Shown: positions 39,805-55,877 of the stretch, piece by piece | Numbering within the stretch: the stretch's first letter is position 1 | Layout of the letters: every line of letters begins with the position of its first letter | Position numbers and translations under genes: made by a program | NCBI GenBank assembly: GCA_000004695.1 | Contig: CM000150.2 | Location: forward strand, 3,424,001 to 3,488,000 | Direction: 5' to 3' | Source: Dictyostelium discoideum | Lineage: Eukaryota | Length of the DNA stretch: 64,000 nt | Notes under the pieces: generated by a model | What the model was told of the DNA's origin: nothing | What the model saw: only the letters and a program-made list of their open reading frames with translations | Database searches by the model: none

Positions 39805-41781
39805 ATATAGTTATATTGTTAGACAAATGGAAAAAATGCCAGATAATTTAACAATGCCAAAAAGATTATGGAAACTTACATTTGGAAAGATTGGTGTACA
39901 AATGCCTTCAAATATGTTTAATGTTACAAGTGATTTAGAATTTTTACAAATTGATACCATTTTGAACACTGGTGTTAATGTATTTCCAGCAAAACATCCA
40001 GAACCAAAGAGTTTGAAAACTTTTATTGGACCAATTACATATTATTCAAATTTCTTCCCATATCCAAGTTATGCATTGCAATTTTGCGAAACCATTCGTC
40101 TTAGAGTCTGGAATGATTACTCTGGTACAAATTATAAAGATTTTAGATTACCAGTTCTATCAAATTTATTATATCTCAAAGATTTAACATATGAATTTAT
40201 TAATAATGATTTTACCGCTCAAATTTTTACATTTGATTATGCAATCTCATCAAATAAAGCTTTGAAATCTTTAACTATTACTGGTAAAGGTATGAGAATG
40301 ACAAGAGATCTTGATCTTTCAAATTTAGCAAAAGGTGCTCATATTTCAATTGATAGAAGTTGTGATGAATTTTTAGCATGTGGTAGTGAACCATGTTTAA
40401 AATTACCAGTAGATGGTTCTTTGTAAGTTTTTTTATATATATATAATATAAATTTTCATTACTTTTATAATATTACTATGTATTAATTAATATATTTTTT
40501 TTTTTTATAAAAATTTATAGATATATTAATAAATGTAATTTCACACTTTCAAAAATTGATTTTTTAAATGCTGTATCAGTTACAATTTTAAATAATAATC
40601 TTGCACAAAATTTACCAAATTTAAGAATTAATTATCCAAAATTAACAAGATTTGATCTTGGTGATAGTAATTTCGCAGGTACAGTTCCAAATGAATATTG
40701 TTTAATTAAAGAAAGTGTATTAAGTGTTGGAAACAATAGATTATCAGGTGTTGTACCTTCATGTTTCGGTTGTGTTGGTGGTGCATTTGTTGCTAGTCAA
40801 GGATTATTCCCAAATAGTTTTACAGATTTTTCAGAGAGTGCTGCACCAACTGCTTGTGAAACTTTCCAAGTATTCGATAATTATTCAAAGGTTGCAAAAA
40901 CTGATGGTAGTTCAGTTATTACTGTTTATGGTCAAGATTTCGGTTGGACATCTACAACCAAACAAGGTGACGCAAGCATTAACATAATTGTACCAAATAG
41001 ACAATTAGAACTTGTTATTCCAAAAGGTGTTGGTACAGATTTGAAATATGTAGCAACTTTCCCTGTTGGTCCAAATGGAATCGATAAAGAGTTTACATTT
41101 AGTTATCAACAACCAGTTATTCGTTATTATTCATTCCTTAAAACTGACACTGCTAATTTCTTTGTTATTAATGGTGATGGTTTCGATTATCAAGGTATTA
41201 ATTCAGTTGAAATTGAAAAAAGTGAATTTCCAAAAAAAACATACGATGGACCAAGTGCTGACGTCGGTGCAACATATGGTGAAATTAAATTACCATTGGA
41301 TGATGTTATTATTGATAATGAACTCGCATCTGGTGCTGTTTTCAAAATTACAGTAACTGTTGGTGGTCAAACCTCAACACAACAATTCACTTATTATGAT
41401 TCAATTACAATCTCTGATGTTGATACTATTAAATTACATACAATTGGTGGTGTTCAAGAATTCAAGGGTCAATTCCCCCCAGTTGATGCAAGTGCCGTCC
41501 AAGTTACTGTTAATAATGTTCCATGTGATATTCGTAAATATTCTGAAACTTCCATTGAAATTGCTTATCCAGCTGTACCAGGTGCAAGTCATTATCCAAT
41601 TAAAATAGTTGTTGGTGGTCTCACTGCTGGAGAATTGGTTGAATTCATTGAGTTACCAACACATAGACCAACATTCGATCCAAATGATGGTTGGATGCCA
41701 ACTGGTTCATCATCAACTTTATTACCAAGTTTCTTTTTAATTTTTATTATTTCTTCTTTATTAATTATTAAATTATTTTAA
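39314..41781 (+). CDS. Secreted LRR plus IPT/TIG-domain surface protein, probably GPI-anchored. Exons 39314..39708, 39823..40422, 40521..41781.
   Basis: Signal peptide MKKRNSFLFIIFLCLICMINIASSQ. Plant-type LRR units (NNLAQNLPNLRINYPKLTRFDLGDSNFAGTVPNEYCL, NNRLSGVVPSCFG). An Ig-like/IPT stretch (SVITVYGQDFGW...PIKIVVGG). The C-terminal GSSSTLLPSFFLIFIISSLLIIKLF is a typical GPI-attachment signal. Donors GTATGT (39709) and GTAAGT (40423). Confidence 0.5.
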
Positions 41782-42539
41782 ATAAAAACCATAAAAAAAA
41801 ATATATATATATATATATTTAAAACAAAAAAAATAAAAAAAACAAAAAATATAATTATATTTTTAATTATTTTATTGCCAATAATTTAATTTAATCAACT
41901 CATTTTTACTTTTAATATTGATTCAATATCCACCAATATAAATATATTTAAAACAAAAAAAAAAAAAATAAAAAAAAAATAAAAAAAATAAAAAAAAAAA
42001 TAATAATAATCAAAATAAATCAGATTCTTTGAGATACTCATTCTCATTAGTTAAATGGATTATTATAATTTTTTTTTTTTATTGTTATCTAACTTAAGTT
42101 AATTATTTTCAACATTTTTTTTTTTTTTTCTTTTTTTTTTTTAAAAAAATTCTATAATCAAAATTTTATATTTTTTTTATTTTTTATTATTTTTTTTACT
42201 AATTTGAGTATTTTTATTTAGGTTTTGTATTTGATGTGGTTTTGTTTTACAAATAAAAAAATTCAAATTATTTTGGGATAATTAATAATTAATTCCCGCA
42301 TTATGACGCAATATAGGGTGTGATTGATGAATAAAAAATATCAGCTAAATTTTTTTTTTTTTTTTATTTTTTATTTTTTTTTTATTTTTTAATTTTTTTT
42401 TTTTATAAAAACTCAAATAAAATAAAAAAAAAAAAAAAAAAAAAAAGTTCATTTTTTTGAAAAGACACAACCACCAAATATAATTATAATCATTTTCTTT
42501 TTTTTTTAATTTTTTTTTTTAAAATATATTAAATTCCTT

Positions 42540-42583
<44 letters not shown>

Positions 42584-42586
<3 letters not shown>

Positions 42587-44271
42587 AGGACAGATAACAT
42601 TAGAAATAGAAAAGAACAATTAAAAAAACAAGAGAAAAAAGATTTTGATTCGTCAAAAGATGAAGAAACCAGTACATCTGATGAAGAAGAAAGTAGTGGA
42701 GGGAATAGAAGTAAAATAGCAGGAAAAGAGAATCATCAAAATAAAAATATAATAAATCAAAAAACAAATAATAATAATAATAATAACAATATAAAAGAGA
42801 AAGATATAATTGATAGTTCAGTAAACAATGCTGACAATTTAAAAGCAACAGATCCGCCATCTGCAAAATATAAAAAATTAGCAATTCGTTCAGTTATGGG
42901 TGCATTTATGATTGGTTTCTTTACAATCGTATTATCAACTGATCATTTCATCGTTGCATTATTTGTAATCGCCCTTCAATTATTAGTATTCAAAGAGATG
43001 ATTGCATTAAGATACATTGAAGCAAAAGAGAAAAAGATTCCACACTTTAGAACTCTCAATTGGTTCTTTTTATTCACTTCTTTCTTCTTCTTTTATGCTA
43101 AACCAATCTTAATCACTTTAGCAAACTATTATCCTGACATCTTTCAACATTTTGTAAGATATCATCTATGGCATTCTTTCTCATTATATTGTATTGGTAT
43201 GTATTTTAATTATTATTATTATTTTTATAATTAAAATGTATATTAACCATTTATAAATAATTATATAAAGGATTCGTATTATTTATTTTAACATTAAGAA
43301 AGGGTGTTTACAGATATCAATTTTCACAATTAACTTGGACTCTTATGATTTTAATGATGGTAGTTGTTCAATCAAATTTCTTAATTTCAAATATTTATCA
43401 AGGTCTCATTTGGTTCATCTTACCAGTATCTATTATCGTTTGTAATGATATCTTTGCTTATTTCAATGGTTTCTTTTTAGGTAAAAAGTAAGTTCACATA
43501 CTATATTCAATATTAATATTTCAATTAAAACTAATTTTTTTAATTTTTTTTATTTATAAATTTAGATTCATTAATAGACCATTAATGAAGATTTCACCAA
43601 ATAAAACATGGGAAGGTTTCATTGGTGCAACTGGTTGGACATTATTATTTGCTTATTATTTCTGTGGTTTCTTACTTAAATATGATTGGATTGTATGTCC
43701 AAAAGGTAATACTGGTTTTATGGAATCATTACATTGTACTAGAGATCCAGTATTCTTGGAAAAAGAATTTATTTTCCCACCAGAAATAACTACAATTGCT
43801 TTTAAATATGTAAGTTTATAAAAATATTTTTATTAATTTAATTAAATTATTTTATTTTATTAATTTAAAATTTTATTTATTTTATTTTTAAATTTTATTA
43901 TATAGTTGGGTATTACATTATTACCATTTACATATATTCCAATTCAATTCCATGCATTAGTTTTAGCATTATTTGGATCATTGATTGCACCATTTGGAGG
44001 TTTCTTTGCATCAGGTATTAAGAGAGCATACAAGGTTAAAGATTTCGATACTATCTTCCCAGGTCATGGTGGTGTTACCGATAGAACTGATTGTCAATTC
44101 ATTATGGGTCTTTTCATTCACGTCTATTACAATACCTTTATCAAAACTCTTGAAATCGATCCAACCTTTATTTGGCAAAATATTATGATGTTGTCAATGG
44201 AGGAGAAAATGGTAATCTATGAGAAATTGAAACAATCCATAGAGTTTACCACTGGTACTATTACTGCATAG
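42584..44271 (+). CDS. cdsA: CDP-diacylglycerol synthase (phosphatidate cytidylyltransferase). Exons 42584..43196, 43271..43487, 43566..43809, 43906..44271.
   Basis: CTP-transferase-1 signature [54 protein letters not shown]|[22 protein letters not shown] aligns with human CDS1 [32 protein letters not shown]. Donors GTATGT, GTAAGT, GTAAGT. Confidence 0.8.
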
Positions 44272-44361
44272 TCCATGTATCTTTATCATCCAACATTTAA
44301 ATTAATAATAATAATAACTTTTAGTTTTAATTATAAAATATTATTCAAATTTAGTCAATAA

Positions 44362-44396
<35 letters not shown>

Positions 44397-44499
44397 AAAA
44401 ATAATAATAATAATAATAATAATAGTTCGATAAGATTTAATAAAATTTAATAATTTTAGAAAAACAAAAAAAAAAACATTTATTATTTTAAAATTATAT

Positions 44500-44838
44500 T
44501 TATTCATCATTATCATCATCTTTATATACACTATATTTATTATATGATGAGTCTGTTAAAATAAATTGATCATTTTTTGATTGTTGTTTACTAATACCAT
44601 AAAAGTCATCAGCCGAATCATCAGAGTCATCGTCATCGTCGTCTGTTTGAAATTGCCCCCAACCATTATTATTATTATTTATGATTGGTTTATTATAAAA
44701 TTGATTTGTATTATTCAATTGATTTGTATTATTGATACTATTTAGTTTATTTTCATTTTCATTATTAGTTTGTGATTTTCTTATAAGATCCAAATATTTT
44801 TCATTGTTTTTTGAGTTGATTTCATTATTGATGTTATT

Positions 44839-44874
<36 letters not shown>

Positions 44875-44995
44875 TACAGGTTGTTTAGTATTATTATTGG
44901 TTGTTGATGCTTTTGAAATATTTTGATATGAAGGCTTGGTTGGTAGTGATGGTCTTATCGTTGTTGTTGTTGTTGTTGTTGAAATGGTTTGATAT

Positions 44996-45028
<33 letters not shown>

Positions 45029-45879
45029 GAAGCTGATTGGGGATTAAGTTTATAAGGCGAAAGAGATGGTTTTGGGATTGTTGATGACTGTAAAACAGTT
45101 TGTGAAGATGAAATGAAATTTGATGACGATGATTTGCTTTGGTATGGAGATGCTGTTGTTGGCGTTGTTGTTGATTGGTGTGAGATAGTTTGATATTGTG
45201 AAGTTGGAGTTTTAGTTTGATATGGTGAAGGCTTATATTTATTTTGATAGCTTGAAGTATTTGCTCCAACTGAACCTGCATTTTTATACTTTTTATTTGC
45301 AGCTGGTTTACCATTACCATCACCACAAGTACTACCAAAACTATTTGATTTTCTATTATTAAATCTTCTTTTTTTACTCAACTCTGAAGTTGTAACAAAG
45401 CTACTATCATCCAAATCTTCACCTACACCATAAAAGTCATCAATTTCATCAATTTCCGGATCACCATCATTATCTTTATCATCATCTAAAAATGCACTCC
45501 ATTTATTAGGTTGTGATGATTGTTGTTGTTGCTGTTGTTGTTGTTGGTTCCTATTGTTTTCATTATTATTATTTTTATCATTTTCATTGTCATCTTCATT
45601 ATTATTATTATTATTATTATTGTTAACTTCATCTTCATCTTCATCTTCATCATCTTCAAATTCATTGTGTTTTATTGGTTTTGGTGGATTTGATTTCTTT
45701 TCGATATTATATTTCTTAACGAGTGTTGTTAAATCCTTTCCCATGAAACTAATACCATAGACTTTTCTGATTGATTGCTTTTCATTACATATTTTACATT
45801 GAAAGTCTTTTTTCTTTTTCTTTTGACTAACCTGAAACATTGTACATGAATAACATTGTACTAATAAATATTCTACCAT
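44500..45879 (-). CDS. MRNIP homologue (MRN-complex-interacting protein, UPF0544/C5orf45 family)
   Basis: N-terminus VQCYSCTMFQVSQKKKKKDFQCKICNEKQSIRKVYGISFMGKDLTTLVKKYN matches the MRNIP zinc-ribbon CCSC..FQ..Q.KK...C..CGEKQS....YG.GS..DCR.HV.KLN. The rest is N/Q/T-rich low complexity. Single exon. Confidence 0.55.
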
Positions 45880-46540
45880 TGTACTTTATTGGTAGATATG
45901 TTTTGAGTTTGAAAAAAATAAAAAAAATAAAAATAAAAATAAAAATAAAATAAAATTAAAAAAAAACAAAAATTTGCAAATATAAAAAAAAAAAAATGGT
46001 AATGGGGGTTGTGTGAAATAAAATATTTTTTATTTTTATTTTTTTTTTAATCCCCAATTGTCCATATTCATCCTTTGAAATAAATTAGGATTGCAATTAA
46101 TCACATCAATGTGGGATGAATAAAATTAACCGACTGTTTGGAAGGAAAATAATAAATTAAAATATAATAAATTAAATTAAAAAAAATAAATAAACAACCT
46201 CATCCTTTTTATAAAATTGTGGGTTACATCATGCCCACCAAAAAAATCAAGTGGTGTTGTTATTAACACACACTATAGTGTGTGATAATAAAGAAATATA
46301 AAAATAGAAGCTTTCCCCTAATTTGGTCATACTCCAAACTACAACAAAAACGGAAAAAATAAAAAAAATAATAAAAAAAAAAAATATAAAATATAACAAA
46401 AAAATATATTAAAGAAAAAATATAATAAATGTAGGTACTACTCTTTGTGTGTTATTATTTAATAAACAAATATCGTATAATTAAAATTTTCAACGCATTG
46501 TTTTTTTTTTTTTCTTTTTTTATTTATAATTTTTATTAAA

Positions 46541-47348
46541 ATGAACACATATTATCATAACTGTATGTTAAAATTTTTATTTATTTATTAAAATATTATT
46601 TTACTAATATTATGATTTTTATAAAAAAAAAAAAAAAAATTATTTATTATTTATAACTATTACTTTTTATTTTTATTATTATATAGTATTGGAATGTGCA
46701 AAAGAGATCTCTGAACATGTTTCATCCAAACATGTAATTGATAAAGAAAATTTCGATATGTTGGAAACATTTTTATTTTATAATGATATAATTTCCCAAT
46801 TAAATTGTTGGAATTCAAGTTATCCTTACTTTTATTCTAAATTAAATGACCATCTGATAGAACAGATTACAAAAGAGTGGTTTTTAGGTAGATTTCATGG
46901 GATTAAAGGTTTAAATTATATTTTATTAGATATAATAAATAATAAAAATGAGTATATCAATAGATATGCAACAGTAGCTGATAAACAATTGGTTTTTAAT
47001 AATTTTAATTTTATTTCCAATTTAATTCAACAATTAACAACTCAATTAATTACTGGTTATTATAATAAAATTTTAGAACTTAAATTTAATAAAATATCAT
47101 CAAAATACAAATTAAACATCAATTTTAATAAAATTTATAAAATTCCAATTCATGTCATAGACCCATTCACTTCATACACTCACCTAATAAAAGATTGGAG
47201 AAATCAAGCAGTCTTTAAATTTTTAACAATTTATAATGATTTAAATGTTGAAAAAAAAGAAAAATTAATTATACTATTTAAGAATATTAAAAGAAATTTA
47301 TTAAAAATTCATAAAAATAAAATTTTAGGTTCAGATTTTTTATTGTAA
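46541..47348 (+). CDS. Hypothetical protein. Exons 46541..46562 and 46687..47348.
   Basis: The 219-codon ORF has no in-frame ATG near its 5' end. A 22-nt first exon ATGAACACATATTATCATAACT|GTATGT splices in phase 1 to the atatag acceptor at 46681-86 across a 124-nt intron, giving MNTYYHNLLECAKEISEHV... I recognise no family. Confidence 0.4.
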
Positions 47349-47502
47349 AAAAAAAAAAATGTAAATATAAAATATACACTATTTTTTATTTTTTTTTTAA
47401 CATAAGAATAATTTATTCAATTTGAAATTATTAATTCTATTTTTATATTTATTTTAATCAATTTCCTAATTTTAAAAAAGTGGAAAAAAAAAAAGTCAAA
47501 AT

Positions 47503-47539
<37 letters not shown>

Positions 47540-47588
47540 AAAATTTCACATTTTAGTTAACCCTCATCACAATTATTAAAATAAAGAA

Positions 47589-48824
47589 ATGGGTCGAAAT
47601 AATACATTACCAAATGATTTTACAGTTGGCTACTACTTGTCAGATTCCAAAATCAATAAATTAAAATGGAATTTATTTGTAGATATGTGCAAGTATGTTT
47701 ATTTCAATCTTTTTTTTTCATCACATACTAATACCCATACTAATTATTTTTATATGATATTAATTTAGAGAAAAGTATAATATTAATGTTGTACCAATTG
47801 ATATGAATAAAGATATTAATTCAATCAATACAAGACCATATCATGTAATAATTGATAAACTAACTGATGAGTTAGGTGACCTTGATAATCCATCAAATAA
47901 ACAAAAAGTTGATTATATTCAAGTAAGTAATATTTTAATTTTTAATAACCTTTTTGTAAAAAAAAAAAAATAATAAATAATAACCTTGTTGTAAAAAAAA
48001 AAAAGAGTTTAATTGATAAATTCCCATCAATAGTTGAAGTTGATCCATTAGAATCACAAAAACCAGTATTAAGTAGAGATACATTAACTAAACTTTTAGA
48101 TAAATTAAATGATGTATCACCAGAATTAAATATAAAGAATCCAAAATTTGTATTAGTACCAGAAGATTATAATAATAATGATTATAATCAATTATTAAAA
48201 GATGCAAATATTAAATTCCCTGTTGTTTGTAAAACGATTAAAGCTTGTGGCTCAAAAGAATCACATTATATGGGAATTGTATTCAATGAAAAAGATATTC
48301 ACCAATTTAAACAACCAATGTTAATTCAAGAGTTCATTAATCATAACGCAATTATTTATAAAGTATTTGCAATTGGTGATTTTATTCAAGTTGTACATAG
48401 AAAATCAATAAGAAATATGAATGAAAATGGTAAATATATCAATAATAATTATTATTATTATTTATTTATTATTTATTTTAATTATTATTAATCAATATAA
48501 TCATTTTTTGTTTAAATGAAAATAGAAAATGAATTAATTAAATTTGATAGTCAAAAACCATTCCCAACTAGTTTATTACCAACAGATGGACAAGAATTAA
48601 AGATAGAAATGCCAAGTAAATCAACATTATCAGTTATTTCAAAAGATATTCAAAAGAATTTAGATATTTCTTTGTTTGGTTTTGATGTAATTGTTGATTG
48701 TGAAACAAAGAAACTAGCAGTTGTTGATATTAATTACTTTCCAACTTTTAGTGGTGTAGATGATTTTTATACTTTATTAATTGAACATGTAATTAATGTT
48801 TATAAAAGAAAATCATCGGTATAA
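47589..48824 (+). CDS. itpk1: Inositol-tetrakisphosphate 1-kinase / Ins(1,3,4)P3 5/6-kinase (ITPK1, ATP-grasp). Exons 47589..47692, 47769..47922, 48006..48429, 48526..48824.
   Basis: The ITPK1 motifs FPVVCKTIKACGSKESHYMGIVF and LFGFDVIVDCETKKLAVVDINYFP are present, with QPMLIQEFINHNAIIYKVFAIGD between them. Donors GTATGT (47693), GTAAGT (47923), GTAAAT (48430). Phases checked. Confidence 0.7.
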
Positions 48825-49012
48825 AAACAAATAATGTATTAAACAAATAATGTATTAAATAAAAAATATATATATATCTCTTTTTTTTATAAAAATATAT
48901 GTTCAATATTATTTTATTTTTTTTTTATTTTATTTTTCTTTTTTTTAATATTTAGTAAAAAATAAATTAACCTTGTTTAAATTAAAATTATTATTATTAT
49001 TTTTTTTTTTTT

Positions 49013-50377
49013 TTAAGATGATCTGTGTGAATCATCATCATTATTGCTATCATTATAATTACTATTATTATTACTATCATTACTATCATTATTATCACTA
49101 TTATTATTATTATTATTATTATATTTATTTCTTTTATCTTTTGAATAAATAACAGCAAAAATAAAACCTGGAATCCAAATTACAGCAATAATAATTTCAG
49201 AGATAACCATACGATTAACACTTTCAATAAGTTCATCACAATAATTATTTCTAGTATAATTTAAATAATCTTTAACGAATTGACATTTTGCCATATTTTT
49301 TAATCTTGGAACAGAGAGAATTGCTGGAATAGTTTTACCATCAAATTTAGAATCGAATAAAGCTACTTGATCAATTGGAATTACAGCTCTAAGTTCATCC
49401 AATTTCAAAGTTAAAAGATTTGATTTTGTATAGGTTTTATTTGTATATGCAGAAGAGAAAAGGTTAATCATTTTCAATAATTTACTAATTTCACCTTCAC
49501 TAAATTCAACAGCATCAGAGATAGAAACATCAACATCACAATTGATCCAGTTTGTCATCCAAGTTGGTTTTATATCTTTATCAACATATTGATCTAATGA
49601 ATTACAGAAATCTGATGAGGCTGCTGATAATGGAATATGCATACCCATTGCTAATAGAATTATTGAAATTGTTAACAATGATAAATAAGATAAAAACATG
49701 AATGACCAGGATTTTCCATTTGCAACACCAAAAATACCCCATGCACATGTAATAATTGCAATAATATAACCCATGATTGTAATTGATTCACGTAAATTAT
49801 TTAAATTTGTTTCTTCAACTAGAATACGATGTGTAGTTTGAGTCATATTATTCATTTCAGTGGTTAATGGTAACAAATTGGAAAGGACGGTTTTGGTGAT
49901 ATCGGTTTTACCTGCAAATACATGCACTAAATTATTTGATGTTTTTCTAGCATTATTTGCCATAATATTCATATTCTTAAAGAAATTATCCAAATCTTTA
50001 CCCGCTTTTGAATTTGATGCTAATCCTAATATTGCACCAACAACTGTAGTTATAATAATAAGAAATACAAAGAATTTAACAATTTTCAATAGAATTGATG
50101 TTGGATTATCTCTTGATGGTTGATATTCCGATATAATTGAACCATTATCATCATCTCCACCTGGGGTTTCATTTTCATCTTGAATTTCATTTTTATTTCT
50201 TTTTCCACTACATGTTATACAATTCCTTAAGAATAATGCAATAACTCCCAAAAACATTATAAAAATACCTAATAACAAACCTGGAAAACTTAATACAATC
50301 AATGATTGTTTATAATTGCTATCATCTAAATTAAATTCTGTCTCAACTTTTTCCCTTTTAAAATTATATCTTGACAT
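49013..50377 (-). CDS. Five-TM membrane protein with tweety-like topology and a Ser/Asn/Asp-rich C-tail
   Basis: Single 454-aa ORF. Hydrophobic helices at about 26-50, 95-120, 205-228 and 235-262, a roughly 130-aa Cys-containing loop, then helix 398-420. This is the TM1-2 / loop / TM3-4 / loop / TM5 layout of tweety (TTYH) proteins. The call is from topology alone. Confidence 0.35.
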   Translation of the reverse strand: MSRYNFKREKVETEFNLDDSNYKQSLIVLSFPGLLLGIFIMFLGVIALFLRNCITCSGKRNKNEIQDENETPGGDDDNGSIISEYQPSRDNPTSILLKIVKFFVFLIIITTVVGAILGLASNSKAGKDLDNFFKNMNIMANNARKTSNNLVHVFAGKTDITKTVLSNLLPLTTEMNNMTQTTHRILVEETNLNNLRESITIMGYIIAIITCAWGIFGVANGKSWSFMFLSYLSLLTISIILLAMGMHIPLSAASSDFCNSLDQYVDKDIKPTWMTNWINCDVDVSISDAVEFSEGEISKLLKMINLFSSAYTNKTYTKSNLLTLKLDELRAVIPIDQVALFDSKFDGKTIPAILSVPRLKNMAKCQFVKDYLNYTRNNYCDELIESVNRMVISEIIIAVIWIPGFIFAVIYSKDKRNKYNNNNNNNSDNNDSNDSNNNSNYNDSNNDDDSHRSS

Positions 50378-50525
50378 TGTAACTGGTGTAATAAATGATG
50401 AAACTAAAAATAATAATAAAAAAAAAAAAAAAAAAAAAAATTAGGTAAAAATATATTAATTATAATAATTCATTGTATTTTTTTATTTAATTTATTATTT
50501 TAGTGTATTTTTTTATTTATTTGAA

Positions 50526-50624
<99 letters not shown>

Positions 50625-50633
50625 ACTTACAAT

Positions 50634-50697
50634 CAGCCGATGCAACACTAATTAATGCAGTCGATGCAATTAATATAGTTTTAAAAGAAATTGTCAT
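50634..50697 (-). CDS. Orphan signal-peptide exon MTISFKTILIASTALISVASAD followed by a GTAAGT donor and an (AAT)n intron
   Basis: The ATG at 50697 (minus) encodes a 22-aa cleavable signal. GTAAGT follows in phase 1. The downstream AG at 50413-14 does not join in frame to the ORF 49013..50377, so the partner exon is unknown. Confidence 0.2.
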
Positions 50698-50755
50698 GTT
50701 TTTTTATTTTATTATTTTTTGAATTTTTTTTTATAATTTACAAATACAAATAAAC

Positions 50756-50824
<69 letters not shown>

Positions 50825-51074
50825 ATAAAATTTATAGTCTAGTTTGAATAAATATAATTTTTTTTTTTTTTTTATACAATAATAATTTAATAAAATTTGT
50901 AAAAAAATTAATTAATCTTAAAGCAAATTAATGATGGATGAAAAATAATTTATATGATGTCTCTATATTTATGAGTGATTTGTGTAAAATTTTTTTAATT
51001 GCTTAATAATTAATTTACAATTAATTGGATTGGATTGATAAATGATCAAATTATTATTTTTTTTTTTTTTTTTT

Positions 51075-51105
<31 letters not shown>

Positions 51106-52703
51106 TTTGGAATAAATTAAAATAATAATTATTAACAAAGCTTTTAAAAATTATAAATAAATAAATAATAAATAAATAAATAATACCAATGAGAAAATTT
51201 ATAAAATGTATATAGTGAGGTAAAGTTTTATTGAAATAACTATGGATATTATAATTATTAACAATAAAAAAAAAAAAAAAAAAATTAAATATACTTTGAA
51301 AATAATTAAATTAAAAGAATATTATAATAAAAAATAAATTTAAAAAAAAACAAAAAAAATGGTTGTTTTGGATGCTTTTATTTGTATTGTTGTATTTTGT
51401 CGTTTTATTTTTGAGAGTGTGTAAAAAATAAAATATATATAAAAAATAAAAAGTGTGTGTGAGTTAATTTATAAAATATTAATTAAATAAAATACTCGAT
51501 TGTTTTTTGATTTTTTAATTGTTTAAAAGAATGAATAATTAAGAATTTAAATATTAAAAATAAATTGTTGTTTAAAAAATTTAAAAAAAAATAAAATAAT
51601 AATAATTACTATCAAAAGCACACAATAGAAAAAATTGTTCAAATACACATATTATTTAATTTATTTATATAACACAATAATAACCCATTCTTTAATTCAC
51701 CCCATATCTTAAATAAAACCCATTCATTCTCCCACCCACACACCCTATAAAACCACCATACCACACAAAAAGATAAATAAGATTCGTGTTAATTAAAATT
51801 TATATGCTTGGATAATAGCCCACCGTCCAATAATTAGGTGTGAATTGAAGGCTTAAAGATTTATAAATATGGGAAATAATGGTGGTGAAAACTAAGATAA
51901 ATACAATGACAAAAAATAAAAACCACTCCACGCAAACACCCTAAAATTAAAATAAAAAAAAAAAATTAAAAAAATAAAAAAAATAAACACACACATAAAT
52001 TAATCTATTATTTGTATTGATTTGTTTTATTATAAAAATAAATTGATTATTAATTGTTACTCTTTACCACTCTATGTAAATGTTTTCAATTAAATTTTAT
52101 TTTAAAAATATAACAACTATAATTATAATTAAAAATAAAGAAAATAAAATTAAAAAATAAATTTTAGGCCAAAATTAAGATAAATATATAAAAATAAATG
52201 CCAAAACAAGTGAAAAAGAAAAGTATAAAATGACTCACGAAAACCACCTTTTATATATGTGTGTGTGTGTGTATGTGTGTGTGATAATAATATAATAAAA
52301 TGATAATGAGTTTATTGAATTACATATAAGAAATAATTAACAATAAAAATAGTAATAATAACAATAATAAAAAAAATTAGTTGCACTGTCGATATAATGT
52401 TTTATTAAACACCATATAAATGAACAAACTTTTACCTAAAAATTATTATTACTATTATTATTACTATTATTATTACTATTATTATTATTTTATAATCGAC
52501 TTATTATTATTATTATTATAATTATTATTATTATTATTGCTATTCATATTACTATTATTATTTATATTTATGTTTTACTATTATTATTATTATTATTATT
52601 ATTATTTATTATTTTTAAACTATTATTGTTATTATTATATTTTTTAAAATTATTATTATTATTAATAGAATTTTTTTAATATATTTGTTTTTTTTAGAAA
52701 TAT

Positions 52704-55389
<2,686 letters not shown>

Positions 55390-55680
55390 TCTTTTGGATT
55401 TGCTAAAGGAAAAAAAAAAAAAAAATGAAAAACTAAAAATGAATTGTGAAAGTAAAAAAAAATTAAAAAAAAAAAATTAAAAAAAAATCATAAAAAAAAA
55501 ATCAGTGCGATCATGTGATGATTGATAGCGAATTTTTACGAATTTTCCTTTCGTTTAGTAATTTATTTGTTGAAAACAATGTGATTTAGTTGAATTCCCA
55601 TTATAATTTTACTCTTCAAATAAAGAAAAATATAATTTTTTGAGGAAAAAAAAAAAAAAAAAAAAAAAGAAAATTGTATT

Positions 55681-55877
55681 CAATCAAAAGGATTTCCAAT
55701 ATACTTTGGCTTTAAAAATAAATTTATTCAATTTGATTTCTTATTATTATTTATTAGACAAAAAAAAAAAAAAAAAAAATAACTTTAATAAATTTGGGTC
55801 CAAATAAAAATGATAGCCAATATACTGGCATTAATAATAGAATTTTTTAATTTTATTATTTATTTTTATTCATTAAC

